A stretch of 64,000 nt of DNA from Dehalococcoidia bacterium (GCA_965219085.1 OZ244720.1:2848001-2912000), one strand, 5' to 3'; shown: positions 39,399-50,135, numbered from the stretch's first letter. Numbers and translations: made by a program. Notes: generated from the letters alone by a model not told the origin.

Positions 39399-40799
39399 TC
39401 ACGCCTCGGCGGTGGTGGAGGGCGCCTGGATGCGCAGGTCGCGCTCGTAGTACTGGCGCATCACGGCCGCCGCCAGCCGTTCCGAGTCGTGGCGGTAGCG
39501 GTGCTCCGGGTCGACGAGGTCGGCGAGCACGAGCCGCGCGCCGGCGTAGTCGGCGTCGCCCGGGGCGAGCACAGCCTCGGACTGCCACTCCGGCGGCAGG
39601 GGCTCGGCCGGCAGGTTGCTGTTGGCGAGCACCACATCGGCGACGTCGTCGCGGTCGAGGTGGCGGCGGATCGCGGCGTAGTGGTCGGCGGCGTTGAACG
39701 CGTCCGTCTCGCCGTGCTGCGTCGCGACGTTGGAGACGTAGACCTTGTGCGCCCTGGACGCCTCAACGGCCTCGGCCAGCCCAGGCACCATCAGGTTCGG
39801 CAGCACCGAGGTGTAGAGCGAACCGGGGCCGATCACGATCAGGTCGGCGGCGAGCAGCGCCGCGACCACTTCGCCGTTGACGGGCGCCTGCGCGGGCTCG
39901 ATGAAGACCTGCTCGATGGGCGACCCGGCCTCAGGCAGGGCGGATTCGCCGTGGACGACCGAACCGTCTGCGAGGCGCGCGCCGAGCGTGATGTTGGCGA
40001 GCGTCGAGGGCAGGATGCGCCCGCGCACGGCGAGCACGCGCGAGGTCTCGCGGATGGCGACCTCCATGTTCCCGGTGACCTCCGACATGGCGACGATGAA
40101 GAGGTTGCCGAAGGAGTGTCCGGCGATGCCGTGGCCGGCGTCGTCGCCGAAGCGGTACTGGAACAGTCGCGTCACGAGCGGCTCGGCGTCGGCGAGCGCG
40201 GCGATGCAGTTACGGATGTCGCCCGGCGGGATCACGTTGAGGTCGCGGCGCAGGACGCCGCTCGACCCGCCGTCGTCGGCGACGGTGACGATCGCGCTGA
40301 TGTTGCCGGTGTAGCTCTTGAGCCCGCGCAGCAGCGTCGAGAGGCCCGTGCCGCCGCCGATGACGGCGATCTTGGGGCCCCGGTCCTGGGTCCGCTGCTG
40401 CCAGATGCGGCTCACGAGGTCCTCGCCATCGCGGAGGGGGATGACGGCGCTGACGATGGAGCGGTTGAGTTTCCACGTCGCGATCACGGTGACGACGGTG
40501 GCCGTGGAGATGAACAGCAGCCCGCGCACCCATCGCGGAAGGAACTGCAGCGTCGCGGTACCGACCCAGTCGGGGAAGGCGTAGGTGACGTAGACCTCGC
40601 GCAGCAGGTAGGCGATGCCCAGCGCCATGAGCACGACGCCGAGCAGAATCAGGAGCAGCCAGCGCTTGATGTGGAGGCCGACGTACAGCCACTTGGCGAA
40701 GCTCGTGCGGCTCACGCGCACTCCCGACCACCCCGCCCGAGCATCATCGTCGGGCGCACCGAGCCAGCGATCAAGCCACGATCGCAATATCCGTTTCAT
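39399..40799 (-). CDS. yvcK: YvcK/GlmR (CofD-like) protein with N-terminal membrane segment
   Basis: GGGTGLS, DDGGSSG, PPGDIRNC, GHSFGN, GPGSLYTS, RHD. Confidence 0.9.
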   Translation of the reverse strand: MKRILRSWLDRWLGAPDDDARAGWSGVRVSRTSFAKWLYVGLHIKRWLLLILLGVVLMALGIAYLLREVYVTYAFPDWVGTATLQFLPRWVRGLLFISTATVVTVIATWKLNRSIVSAVIPLRDGEDLVSRIWQQRTQDRGPKIAVIGGGTGLSTLLRGLKSYTGNISAIVTVADDGGSSGVLRRDLNVIPPGDIRNCIAALADAEPLVTRLFQYRFGDDAGHGIAGHSFGNLFIVAMSEVTGNMEVAIRETSRVLAVRGRILPSTLANITLGARLADGSVVHGESALPEAGSPIEQVFIEPAQAPVNGEVVAALLAADLIVIGPGSLYTSVLPNLMVPGLAEAVEASRAHKVYVSNVATQHGETDAFNAADHYAAIRRHLDRDDVADVVLANSNLPAEPLPPEWQSEAVLAPGDADYAGARLVLADLVDPEHRYRHDSERLAAAVMRQYYERDLRIQAPSTTAEA

Positions 40800-40801
40800 G
40801 G

Positions 40802-42316
40802 TCAGGCGTCGAGCACGGCGCGCAGCGCGGCCTGCGCTTCGTTCGGGTCGGCGCGGCCGCGCGTCTCGCGCATCACCTGGCCGACGAGGAACTTGATTGC
40901 GCTGTCCTTGCCGCCCTGGTAGTCGGCGACCGGCTTCGGGTTCGCTTCGATGACCCCGGCGGCGATGCGCGCGATCTCAGCGTCGTCGCGCACCTGGCCC
41001 AGCCCGCGCTCCTCGACGATCGCGCCGGGCATGTCGCCCGACTCGAACGCTGCGGCGAGGACCTCTTTGGCGGTAGCCGCTGTGATCGTGCCCGCTTCGG
41101 TGAGGCGTACAAGCTCGGCGATGTGGCCCGGCGTCAGCTTCGTGTCCGTCAGCTCGGCGTCGCCGGGGAGTTCATTGAGCAGTGCGGCCACGTCGCCGAT
41201 GAACCACAGCGCCACCGGCCGCGCGCGTGCGGCGCGCTCCGCGTCGTCGTCGCCACCGGCGACGGCGACCGCCGTCTCGTAGGCATCGGCGCGGGCGCGC
41301 GTCTCGACGAGGATGCGCGCCTCGTCCGCCGAAAGTCCGTAGTCGGCCTCGAAGCGTGCGCGCCGGGCGTCCGGCAACTCCGGCAGGCGCTCGCGCAGCG
41401 CCTCGGTGCGTTCGGACGTGATCGAGAGCGGCGGGAGGTCGGGCTCGGGGAAGTAACGGTAGTCGTGCGCCTCTTCCTTCGAGCGCTGGCTGACCGTGTG
41501 GCCGGTCGCGTCGATGTAGCCGCGGGTCTCCTGCTCGATCGAGCCACCGCCGTCGAGGATTGCGGCCTGGCGTCCGATCTCGAACTCGATGGCGCGCTGC
41601 ACGGCGCGGAACGAGTTCATGTTCTTGATCTCGACCTTCGACCCGAGCGGCGCGCCGTACCGCCGCAGCGAGATGTTGGCGTCGCAGCGGAACGAGCCCT
41701 TCTCCATGTCGGCGTCGGAGACCTCGAGGTAGCGCAGCGTCTGGCGCAGCTTGCGCAGGTAGGCAACGGCCTCGGCCGCCGAGTGCATGTCCGGCGTTGA
41801 GACCATCTCCATCAGCGGCACGCCCGAGCGGTTCACGTCGAGGAGGGAGTAGCCGCCGCCTGCCTCCCCGGGCTGCGCTTCGCGGTGGAGCAGCCGCGCG
41901 GTGTCCTCCTCGAGGTGGATGCGCTCGAGCTGGATCTCACGCTCCTCGCCGTCTGTCTCGATGCGCACGGTTCCGCCGACGCAGAAGGGCTGGTCGTACT
42001 GCGAGATCTGGTAGCCCTTCATGAGGTCCGGGTAGGGGTAGTTCTTGCGGTCGAACTTGGAGTGCTCGGGGATCTCGGAGCCGAGGGCGAGGCCGGTGAG
42101 GATCGTGTGGTCGACGGCCGCGCGGTTGATCACCGGCAGCACCCCCGGCATGCCGAGGCAGACCGCGCAGACGCGGGTGTTGGGATCCGCGGCGAAGTAG
42201 TCGCTGGCGCAGTCGCAGAACATCTTCGAGCGCGTGCGCAACTGCGCGTGCACCTCGAGGCCGATGACGACCTCGTAGCCGGTGGCGCTTGCCGCGGGTG
42301 CGGCGTCGGTGGTCAT
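40802..42316 (-). CDS. gatB: Asp/Glu-tRNA amidotransferase subunit B
   Basis: [41 protein letters not shown]. Confidence 0.97.
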   Translation of the reverse strand: MTTDAAPAASATGYEVVIGLEVHAQLRTRSKMFCDCASDYFAADPNTRVCAVCLGMPGVLPVINRAAVDHTILTGLALGSEIPEHSKFDRKNYPYPDLMKGYQISQYDQPFCVGGTVRIETDGEEREIQLERIHLEEDTARLLHREAQPGEAGGGYSLLDVNRSGVPLMEMVSTPDMHSAAEAVAYLRKLRQTLRYLEVSDADMEKGSFRCDANISLRRYGAPLGSKVEIKNMNSFRAVQRAIEFEIGRQAAILDGGGSIEQETRGYIDATGHTVSQRSKEEAHDYRYFPEPDLPPLSITSERTEALRERLPELPDARRARFEADYGLSADEARILVETRARADAYETAVAVAGGDDDAERAARARPVALWFIGDVAALLNELPGDAELTDTKLTPGHIAELVRLTEAGTITAATAKEVLAAAFESGDMPGAIVEERGLGQVRDDAEIARIAAGVIEANPKPVADYQGGKDSAIKFLVGQVMRETRGRADPNEAQAALRAVLDA

Positions 42317-42634
42317 GGGCGCTCCATTCGGCGTCGGCAGGGACGAGCGGCGCGCGAAGGCGCGCTCACCTGCATGAGGTGCGTTCCATGCCAGAGGATA
42401 CGGGAGTGCCGATCAACGCGGACCGTGCAACACCAATCGCCTGAACCGGGGTGCAGCGAGAAGCGAGCCGGGAGAGGGTGACACCCTCGGCGGTGCAGGC
42501 TCCGCCGCTCGCAGCGCGAAACACCCCGGGGCGTGGCCCCGGCAGCGCCCCGGCGAGCGACGGCCCTGCATGCTGGTTTGCCGCGCACCCGGTGTGCTGG
42601 GCGCGCGGCAGGCCAGCGCCGAACTGACCTCCGG

Positions 42635-42805
42635 CTAGGAGGCTTCCGCTTCCTCGGGGTTGAGGTACCTCTCGGGGTTGCCGATGAAGCGGTTCCGGCA
42701 GCCGATGTCGTTGAAGCGGTACCACTTCCCGTCGCTGTGGAACCAGCGGAAGTTGCTGCTGTCGTCGTCGGTGACCTCGGTGCCGCAGACTATGCAGTCA
42801 GCCAT
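42635..42805 (-). CDS. Small YHS/TRASH-like metal-binding protein
   Basis: CIVCG...GKWYRF...GC..RF..NPERY; GGAGGGAG RBS. Confidence 0.75.
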   Translation of the reverse strand: MADCIVCGTEVTDDDSSNFRWFHSDGKWYRFNDIGCRNRFIGNPERYLNPEEAEAS

Positions 42806-42924
42806 AGCGGGACTCCCTCCGTAACGTAGAGCGATGCTCTCTTCAGCGCGACGATACACCGCACGCGTGAGCCCTGTGAAGGGGTCGCGCCGCGTGGCCG
42901 CGATCACCCCGCAACCAGGTGGCC

Positions 42925-43494
42925 TCACTCGATCGTGAACGGAGCCCGCATCCCGAGTTCGTAGTGCGCGGGGATGTTGCAGATCAGCACGTAGCTCCCG
43001 GGCTCGAGGCTGGCCGTGAGGCTCACGGTCGTGCCTGCCGCGGTCTCCAGGACCTTCTCCACCACCTCGACATCGCCACCGGTCACTGCCACGCCGCCCT
43101 GGACGGGCAGTGCGTCGTACGCGTGCGCGGCGCGAAGGACCCAGAGATCGTGCACGACCGCGCCTTCGTTGATCATCTCGAAGGTGACTTCGCCTGCCGC
43201 TATGGAAGGGAGGCCCGTCCCGAAGGCCCACTCGATGCCCACGACGATCACCACGCCGCGAGCCGCGGTTTGCTGGAGCTCCTCTGCCCGGGCAGTCGCC
43301 GCGTCCGCCGACGTAGCGCCCGTTGGCGTCGCGGCCGGCGTGGCCGGCGTGGGAGTCACCGTTGGCGTGGCCGTCGAGGTGTCGGCTCGCGGCGCCGGCG
43401 TCGTCCCCGTGTTCTCGGAGCCGGCGCAGCCGGCGGACAGCGCCAACGCGATGAGCAGCGTCATGGTCGCGAAGCGGCCCGACCATCGCAGCAT
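42925..43494 (-). CDS. Cupredoxin (sulfocyanin/auracyanin-like) lipoprotein
   Basis: LSAGC lipobox; type-1 Cu ligands H...CNIPAHYELGM. Confidence 0.85.
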   Translation of the reverse strand: MLRWSGRFATMTLLIALALSAGCAGSENTGTTPAPRADTSTATPTVTPTPATPAATPTGATSADAATARAEELQQTAARGVVIVVGIEWAFGTGLPSIAAGEVTFEMINEGAVVHDLWVLRAAHAYDALPVQGGVAVTGGDVEVVEKVLETAAGTTVSLTASLEPGSYVLICNIPAHYELGMRAPFTIE

Positions 43495-43621
43495 GAGACC
43501 TCCCTGCCACTCAGGCGGCCGTCGGACCGCCCCTACCAGAATACGGGGCATTGCTCAGTAAGCGACCGGGGTCGGTTCCGCGGGCTTGTTGGTACGATGT
43601 AGTGAGGGACAAGGAGCCTCG

Positions 43622-44167
43622 ATGGTCGCGTCAGCACGCCAGGGCACGGTGCACCAGCTCAACGTCTCCGGCGGCGGCGTGCCCAAGCTGCCCGTCGAGG
43701 AGGCGCGTGTGTACCTCGAGGGCATGGGCGGCGACGCCCAGGCCGACCGCCGCCACCACGGCGGGCCGGAGCGCGCGCTCTGCCTGTTCGCCCTCGAACG
43801 CATCGAGGAGTTCCAGGCGGAGGGCCATCCCATCGCGCCCGGCAGCACCGGCGAGAACGTCACGATTGCGGGCCTCGACTGGTCGCGCGTGGTGCCCGGC
43901 GCACGGCTGCGGCTCGGCGGCGAGGTGCTGGTCGAGGTCAGCTCCTACACCGCGCCGTGCAACAAGAACGCGCAGTGGTTCGCGGGTGGGGACTTCAACC
44001 GCATGAACCACCAGCTCCACCCCGGCTGCAGCCGCGTCTATGCGCGCGTGCTCGAGGAGGGCATGCTGCGCAGCGGCGACGCCGTCGAACTCATCGAGGA
44101 GCGTGCGGCGGACCGGGTCTGGCGAGCGCAGCCCACCACGTACCGCTGGTCGCCACCCGGCGAGTAA
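43622..44167 (+). CDS. MOSC domain protein (YiiM-like)
   Basis: HHGGPERALC, GENVT, APC, YARVLEEG; AAGGAG RBS. Confidence 0.9.
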   Translation: MVASARQGTVHQLNVSGGGVPKLPVEEARVYLEGMGGDAQADRRHHGGPERALCLFALERIEEFQAEGHPIAPGSTGENVTIAGLDWSRVVPGARLRLGGEVLVEVSSYTAPCNKNAQWFAGGDFNRMNHQLHPGCSRVYARVLEEGMLRSGDAVELIEERAADRVWRAQPTTYRWSPPGE

Positions 44168-44189
44168 GGCTGAGGCCAGGAGGCGCGGA

Positions 44190-45083
44190 ATGGCTGAGAC
44201 CGAGGCACTGCGTCGACTCGAGGATGTCGGGACGTTGCACAAGCCGCTGCTGGTGGCGTCCTTCGTGCGCAAGAACGGGATCAACACCACGGCCGCGGCG
44301 GCGCTGATGCACCGCATCCGCTCGCACGAGCTGCAGCCGATCGCCCAGTTCGACCCGCAGCCGTTCTTCGACTTCACGCAGTCGCGCCCCCAGTCGCGGA
44401 TGGAGGGCGACGAGCGCGTCATCGAGTGGCCGCGCAACCGCGTCCACCTCGAACGGGCCGCCGAAGGCGGGCGTGACGCGCTCATCGTCTCCGGCATCGA
44501 GCCACACCTGCGGTGGCGCGACTTCAGCCGCGAGCTGAGCGCGTTCGCGCTCTCGCTGGGCGTCGAGGCCGTGCTGATCCTGCGCTCGTTCCCGGCGAAC
44601 GTGCCGCACACGCGACCGGTGCTGCTGCGGCTCACCACGACCAGCGAGGAGCTCTCGGGCGAGATGGGCCTGGCGCAACTCCAACCCTCGTACGAGGGCC
44701 CGATCGACATCGGCGAGGTGGTCGCGACCGAGCTGGCTGCCAGTGGCGCCTCCATCGGCGGCATGACCGCGCTCGTGCCCAACTACCTCGGCGTCGTGCC
44801 GAACCCGATGGCGGTGCTTGGTATCACCCGCACGCTCGACCGCCTGCTCGGCGCGGAGACGCCGACGGGCGAGTACGAGGAGGCGTCCGCCAGCGTGCGG
44901 GCGCAGGCCGACGAGCAGATGCAAGTCTCGGCCGAGGTGCGCGAGGCCGTGGAGGCGATGGAGGAGCAATACGAATCGATCGCCGGCGCCGCGAACGACG
45001 ACGACTCGGAACTCCCGTCCGTCAGCGACATCCTCGAGGACGTCGAGCGCTTCCTTTCGAACGAGGGCGATAGCCCGGCCTGA
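44190..45083 (+). CDS. PAC2 family (proteasome assembly chaperone-like) protein
   Basis: FFDFTQSRP, GIEPHLRW, VPHTRP, YEGP, VPNY, VERFL. Confidence 0.85.
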   Translation: MAETEALRRLEDVGTLHKPLLVASFVRKNGINTTAAAALMHRIRSHELQPIAQFDPQPFFDFTQSRPQSRMEGDERVIEWPRNRVHLERAAEGGRDALIVSGIEPHLRWRDFSRELSAFALSLGVEAVLILRSFPANVPHTRPVLLRLTTTSEELSGEMGLAQLQPSYEGPIDIGEVVATELAASGASIGGMTALVPNYLGVVPNPMAVLGITRTLDRLLGAETPTGEYEEASASVRAQADEQMQVSAEVREAVEAMEEQYESIAGAANDDDSELPSVSDILEDVERFLSNEGDSPA

Positions 45084-45323
45084 CGCTCCAGCGGCCACCT
45101 CTGAACAGCGCCCGCCTGGAGCCGCGCCTGAGGCCTTCGACGTCCGCGCCGGGCGATCCTCTTGGCGTGCCCGCAACCGCTCTCGCTCGCGCCCGGAGCC
45201 AATGAAAGCGCTGCGGGGCGGCATCGACGAGGCGCTGATCCGCCGAGTCCGGGAGCGGCTGCTGGAGCGGTAACCGGCGGGACGACGTGCGGCCTCCCTG
45301 CTAGCATGGACTTCCGCCCACAA

Positions 45324-45398
45324 GCGGGAGTAGCTCAGGGGTAGAGCATCTGCTTCCCAAGCAGAGGGTCGTGGGTTCGAATCCCATCTCCCGCTCCA
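45324..45398 (+). tRNA. tRNA-Gly (CCC)
   Basis: Cloverleaf GCGGGAG/CTCCCGC, anticodon loop TTCCCAA, GTTCGAA T-loop, encoded CCA. Confidence 0.97.
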
Positions 45399-45432
45399 CA
45401 CACCATCGCTCGACGCCACCGGCGCGCGTGAC

Positions 45433-45657
45433 GTGACGCGCGAGGTTGGCCTCGTGCTGATCGTCGTGGGCGCGGTCGTCGCTGGCGCCGGCGTGCTCGC
45501 GCTCACGGGCGCGCTCGGCTGGTTCGGCAACCTGCCCGGCGACCTGCGGTTCGAGCGCGGCAACGGCAGCGTGCGCGTCTACGTCCCGCTCGCGTCGATG
45601 CTCGTGGTCTCCGTCGTGCTGTCGTTGTTGCTGGCCCTGCTGCGGCGCCTGTTCTGA
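45433..45657 (+). CDS. DUF2905 small membrane protein
   Basis: GNLPGD.R......VYVPLASM..SVVLSL pattern. Confidence 0.85.
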   Translation: MTREVGLVLIVVGAVVAGAGVLALTGALGWFGNLPGDLRFERGNGSVRVYVPLASMLVVSVVLSLLLALLRRLF

Positions 45658-45682
45658 CGCCCGGCCGACGGTGGATGCGCGT

Positions 45683-47119
45683 TCAGGCGGCGGACCGGAA
45701 CGCCTCGCCACGCGGCGCGCGGGTGATGGCCACGAACACCAGCGCGAGGATGTTCGACACGCCGAGTGCGGCGAACGCCGGCTCGTAGCTCCCGGTCCAG
45801 TCCCGGATCGACGCGACCACGATCGGGCCCAGCACGACGCTCGCTGTTGCCACCGGCGTCATCAACCCGCGAATGGTCGCGAACCACTCGCGGCCGAAGT
45901 AGTCGGCCTGGAGGGCCGGGATGAGCGGGAGCACGCCTGAGTACGTGGGCGAGTAGAGCACGAGGAAGAACACGATCCCGATGTTCCCGCCCAACGCCGT
46001 AAAGAGGATGATGCCGACCGACTGGAAGGCGAAGCAGAAGCCGATCACGAACCGTTTGTCGTAGCGGTCACCCAGCCACGCGAAGCCGACGCGGCCCGGC
46101 GTGCCGATCAGCGCCATCAGGCTGAGGATCCCCGCCGCAGCCGAAAGCGACATGCCGCGCTCCTCGAGCAGCGGGATCAGGAACAGCGCCACGGACCCGG
46201 TCACGAAGTGCCGGGCCGCGAACATGAGCGCGATGCTCCAGAAGGCTTGCGTCTTCATCGCCTCCCACGGCGAGTAGGTCACCTCCTGAGGCGCCTCGGC
46301 GCCCGGGAAGTCGCCGTCGCCGGAGCGGTCCTCGGGCTTGTCCCCATCCGGGAGGTAGCCGTAGTCCTCGGGCCGGTGACGGATCACGAACGAGAGCGGG
46401 ATGCCGACGACCCAGATGGTCGCGCCGGCGAACACCAGCGCCTGGCGCCACCCGACCGCCTCGATGAGCCAGGCCAGCGGCAACGCCAGGATGCCCCCGA
46501 AGCTCAGGCCCAGGTTCATCACCCCGTGCGCAGTGGCGCGACGCCGATAGAACCAGTTGGTCACGGCGGCCATGGGCGCATTGCCCATTCCGGCGCTGAC
46601 GCCACCCTGCACCAGGAAGATGAAGATGATGTAGAAGTAGACGACCGACATCGTCTGCCCGAGCAGGATGAACCCGAGCCCGCTCAGCACCACGCCAATC
46701 AGCACGAGCTTCTGCGAGCCGTACTTGTCGATGAGGAAGCCTACGCCCGGCGCGAGGACACCACCCTGGATCCTCGCGAGCGACAGGGCCGCGCCGAGCG
46801 CGGCCGCACTCCATCCGAGGTCGTCCTTGATCGAGTTGAAGAAGACGCCCATCCCGTAGTACGAGAACGCGCCCATCAGGGCCATGATGGCGGTGCCCGA
46901 GAGGACTACCCACCAGCCGTAGAAGATCACCGGCCGGCGTCTCAGGAAGGACCGCCCGCCGGGCCGCTCCGGCCCGCCGGTCCCGTCCGCGCCGCCGGTC
47001 CCGTCCGCGCCGCCGGTCCCGTCCGCTGGCGCCGCGACCGCCGGACGCGTCGAATCGCTCGCGGCGGGCTCGCTGCCGCTTGCGGTCGGTGGGCGTCCGG
47101 CCGGGTCGTTCGCGCTCAT
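45683..47119 (-). CDS. MFS transporter (OFA/MCT-like)
   Basis: FYGWWVV, G.LIDKYG, WFYRRRATA, GRVGFAWLGDRY; about 12 TMs. Confidence 0.9.
   Translation of the reverse strand: MSANDPAGRPPTASGSEPAASDSTRPAVAAPADGTGGADGTGGADGTGGPERPGGRSFLRRRPVIFYGWWVVLSGTAIMALMGAFSYYGMGVFFNSIKDDLGWSAAALGAALSLARIQGGVLAPGVGFLIDKYGSQKLVLIGVVLSGLGFILLGQTMSVVYFYIIFIFLVQGGVSAGMGNAPMAAVTNWFYRRRATAHGVMNLGLSFGGILALPLAWLIEAVGWRQALVFAGATIWVVGIPLSFVIRHRPEDYGYLPDGDKPEDRSGDGDFPGAEAPQEVTYSPWEAMKTQAFWSIALMFAARHFVTGSVALFLIPLLEERGMSLSAAAGILSLMALIGTPGRVGFAWLGDRYDKRFVIGFCFAFQSVGIILFTALGGNIGIVFFLVLYSPTYSGVLPLIPALQADYFGREWFATIRGLMTPVATASVVLGPIVVASIRDWTGSYEPAFAALGVSNILALVFVAITRAPRGEAFRSAA
46974..47026 (-). repeat. 18-bp tandem repeat x3 encoding ADGTGG in the MFS N-terminus
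   Basis: CCGCCGGTCCCGTCCGC repeated three times with an 18-bp period. Confidence 0.85.
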
Positions 47120-47147
47120 CGCGCGCGCCCGCTCCGCCTCGACGCGA

Positions 47148-48584
47148 TCACGCGGTGGCCGGTAGCAGCCACGTCGAGCGCTGCTGGAACTCGCGGGCCT
47201 TGCGCAGCGCTATCGCGCCGCGCTCCATGCTCAGGAAGCAGGGCAACCCGGCGTCCAGGAACGCCCTCGCCACCGCGTTGACGTCGACGCCCTCGACGTA
47301 CGGGATGTCCGTGCTCAGCACCGTCACGATCGGCTTGCCCGGCTGCTGGTCCTGCACCGTGCGCAGCACCTTGATGCGCTCGTCGAGCGTGTCGGGATCC
47401 TCCTTGACCGCGCCCGCGCCGAACTCGACCACCATCACGTCGAAGCCCTCGTCGCGACCGAGCACGCCGAGCGTCCGTTCGAGGAGCTCGGGGCCGCGCA
47501 CGCTGGGCCCCTCGAAGGGGTTGCTGAAGCTGCCTCCCATGATATCGGCGTACGAGGCGATCTCCTCGAGCGACGCGTCGCTGGGCGAGGGAATCCGGAA
47601 CCCCTGCTGGCCGAACACGTCGGCGATCTTGCCCGAGTGCCCGCCGGAGACCGCGATCAGCGCCGCGTCGACGCCCGGGTCGCCCACGTAGCGCAGCGCC
47701 ATCGCCGTCTCCAGCATCTCCTCGATGCTCGACACCTTGATGGCGCCGCAGACCGTCAGCATCGCGTCCCAGAGCTCGGCCGGGACGGCCTCGCTGCGCG
47801 TGTGTGCGAAGCCCGCGCGGGCCGACTCGGAGGTGCTGCCCACCTTCCAGACGAGCACGGGCTTGCGGGCGGCCGCGTCGCGCAGCGCGTCGAAGAACGC
47901 CGAGCCGTCGTTCACGCCCTCGAGGTACATGCCGATCACCTCGGTCGCATCGTCGGCGGCGTAGTAGCGCAGGTAGTCGGTCGCGTCCACGACGGTGCCG
48001 TTGCCGAAGCTGACGCCCTTCGACACTTCGATGCCGTTGGCCGGGGCGGCCGACGCGATGCTCATCGAGGTGGTGCCGCTCTGCGAGAGATAGCTGAAGT
48101 ACCCGCCGCTCCCGCCGTGCGGCAGGTCCCGGCCCGGCCGGATGCCGAGCGCCGGGTTGTAGAGACCCATGCAGTTGGGCCCGATCACGAGGAAGTCGCC
48201 CTCGGTCGCGATGTTCCGCACGGCTTCCTCGAGCTGCTGGCCCATGTCCGTGCCGGTCTCGGCGAACCCCGCGGCGAAGATGTGGGCTCCTCCCACGCCC
48301 TTCGCAGCGCAGTCCCGCAGCACTGCGGGCACCACCGTGCTGGGTACCGAGATCGCTACGTAGTCCACCGGCTCCGGGATGTCGAGCAGGCTGGCCACGT
48401 TCGGGAATCCCAGCTCCTCGGCGCCCGGCCACTCACGCTCGTCGATGTTGACGTGGTAGATCTTGCCGAACTCCGTGAACGGCCCATGTGCGTGCAGCCA
48501 CATGTAGTCGTTGTCCTGTTTCGCCCCTACGACCGCGAGCACCTTCGGGTGGAATACGCGGTCAAGCCCGGCCTGGATGTCCAT
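47148..48584 (-). CDS. Acyl-CoA synthetase (NDP-forming) alpha-like CoA-binding protein
   Basis: AVVGA, GFAETG, IGPNCMG, SQSG, SFGN, YLEG, KPV..KVG, AHT. Confidence 0.85.
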   Translation of the reverse strand: MDIQAGLDRVFHPKVLAVVGAKQDNDYMWLHAHGPFTEFGKIYHVNIDEREWPGAEELGFPNVASLLDIPEPVDYVAISVPSTVVPAVLRDCAAKGVGGAHIFAAGFAETGTDMGQQLEEAVRNIATEGDFLVIGPNCMGLYNPALGIRPGRDLPHGGSGGYFSYLSQSGTTSMSIASAAPANGIEVSKGVSFGNGTVVDATDYLRYYAADDATEVIGMYLEGVNDGSAFFDALRDAAARKPVLVWKVGSTSESARAGFAHTRSEAVPAELWDAMLTVCGAIKVSSIEEMLETAMALRYVGDPGVDAALIAVSGGHSGKIADVFGQQGFRIPSPSDASLEEIASYADIMGGSFSNPFEGPSVRGPELLERTLGVLGRDEGFDVMVVEFGAGAVKEDPDTLDERIKVLRTVQDQQPGKPIVTVLSTDIPYVEGVDVNAVARAFLDAGLPCFLSMERGAIALRKAREFQQRSTWLLPATA

Positions 48585-48760
48585 GGTTGCCCCTCCGGCT
48601 GCGCGCGGCGCATTGCCCCCGTGCCACACACGACCTTTGGGGGACTTTACACCCGACGCGCCCGCACGGGTGTTCAGGCTCCGATCGGCGCCCCGATCGC
48701 GTTGAGACAGCCCGGTTGCGGGGGCCGGTCGGGAGTGCGGTGCGTGGTGCGTGGTAGGTG

Positions 48761-48844
48761 TGGTACCGGGGGAGGGGGTCGAACCCTCACGCCTTGCGGC
48801 CGCGAGTTTTAAGCCCGCTGCGTCTGCCATTCCGCCACCCCGGC
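48761..48844 (-). tRNA. tRNA-Leu (TAA)
   Basis: Reverse strand GCCGGGGTGGCGGAATGGCAGACGC...CTTAAAA...long variable arm...GGTTCGACCCC...ACCA. Confidence 0.95.
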
Positions 48845-48881
48845 GGGTGTGACCTCGATCATACGCCCGTGGCGCGAGCCC

Positions 48882-50135
48882 CTACGGCGGTATCGATTGC
48901 GCGGCCGGCGTCACGAAGTCGCTGACCGTCCCCGGGCGCATCCCGGCGGCTTGCAGCGCGGCGCACAGCTCCTCGAATGCCTCCTCGCCGGCGATGTCGA
49001 GGCGGAAGCTCAGCAGCGCGGCGCCCACGGGCAGGTGGGTGTCGACGAGGTCATGCTCGACCTCGATCACGTTCACGCCCTGCGCCGCGATGATGCGGCT
49101 GATGCGCGCCAGCTCGCCCGGCGCGTGCGCCGTCGCGAACGTCAGCGAGCGACGCCGCCCCTCGCCGGTCAGGCCGCGCTCCACGATGCGGTCGAGGAGG
49201 TTGATGTCGACGTTGCCGCCGGACAGCACGGGCACCATCGGCCCGTCCGCCTCGACGACACCCGCGAGCAGCGCGGTGATGCCGAGCGCTCCGGCGCCCT
49301 CGATCACGAACTTGGTGCGCTCGATCAGCAGCACCATCGTGCGGGCGATGTCCTCCTCGTGGACGGCCACCACGTCGTCGACGTAGCGCTCGATGAGCTC
49401 GAGCGTGAGCGCCGAGGGGCCCGCCACAGCCGCGCCGTCGGCCAGCGTCTGCACGTACGGCACCGTTCGCGGGGCCCCCGCAAGCAGCGAGGCCACGATG
49501 CCCGGCATCGCCTGCGACTGCGCGCCGATGACGCGGATGTCGGGCCGCAGCGACTTCACGGCGAGCGCCACGCCCGCCAGTAGTCCGCCCCCGCCCGCCG
49601 GCACGATCACCGTCGTCGCCTCCGGCGCCTGCTCAATGACCTCGAGGCCGAGCGTGGCCTGCCCGGCGACGATGGCCGGGTTGTCGAACGGCGGGACGAA
49701 GAGCAGGTCACGCTCGGCGGCTCGCTCCTGCGCGCGCTCGATGCAGTCCTCGAGCGGGCCGTCGACCAGGATGACCTCGGCGCCGTAGCCGCGGGTCGCG
49801 GCCTGCTTGGCCAGCGGCGCGTTCGCGGGCATCACGACGGTGGCGGCGATGCCGCGCTCGGCGGCCGCCAGCGCGACGCCCTGCGCGTGGTTGCCGGCGC
49901 TGGCGGCGATCACCCCTCGTGGTGTCGTTGTCAGCGAGCCGAGCATGTTCGACGCGCCACGGAACTTGAACGAGCCGCCGCGTTGCAGGTGCTCGCACTT
50001 CAGCAGCACGGGCACGCCCGCGAGGTTCGACAGCGATACGCTCGGCCACATCGGCGTCACGCGCGCTGCCGAGGCGATACGCTTCCGCGCCGCGTGCACG
50101 TCCTCGATCGTGACGGTGTCGGGCGTGGTGCTCAT
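48882..50135 (-). CDS. ilvA: Threonine ammonia-lyase with ACT domain
   Basis: KCEHLQRGGSFKFRGA, SAGNHAQG, GGGGL, SGGNVD. Confidence 0.93.
   Translation of the reverse strand: MSTTPDTVTIEDVHAARKRIASAARVTPMWPSVSLSNLAGVPVLLKCEHLQRGGSFKFRGASNMLGSLTTTPRGVIAASAGNHAQGVALAAAERGIAATVVMPANAPLAKQAATRGYGAEVILVDGPLEDCIERAQERAAERDLLFVPPFDNPAIVAGQATLGLEVIEQAPEATTVIVPAGGGGLLAGVALAVKSLRPDIRVIGAQSQAMPGIVASLLAGAPRTVPYVQTLADGAAVAGPSALTLELIERYVDDVVAVHEEDIARTMVLLIERTKFVIEGAGALGITALLAGVVEADGPMVPVLSGGNVDINLLDRIVERGLTGEGRRRSLTFATAHAPGELARISRIIAAQGVNVIEVEHDLVDTHLPVGAALLSFRLDIAGEEAFEELCAALQAAGMRPGTVSDFVTPAAQSIPP

Noticed and set aside
45084-45432. Integrative element or att site at tRNA-Gly (likewise at tRNA-Leu)
   Set aside because: No integrase nearby and no duplicated tRNA 3' end noticed; the short ORFs at 45084-45300 are unsupported.
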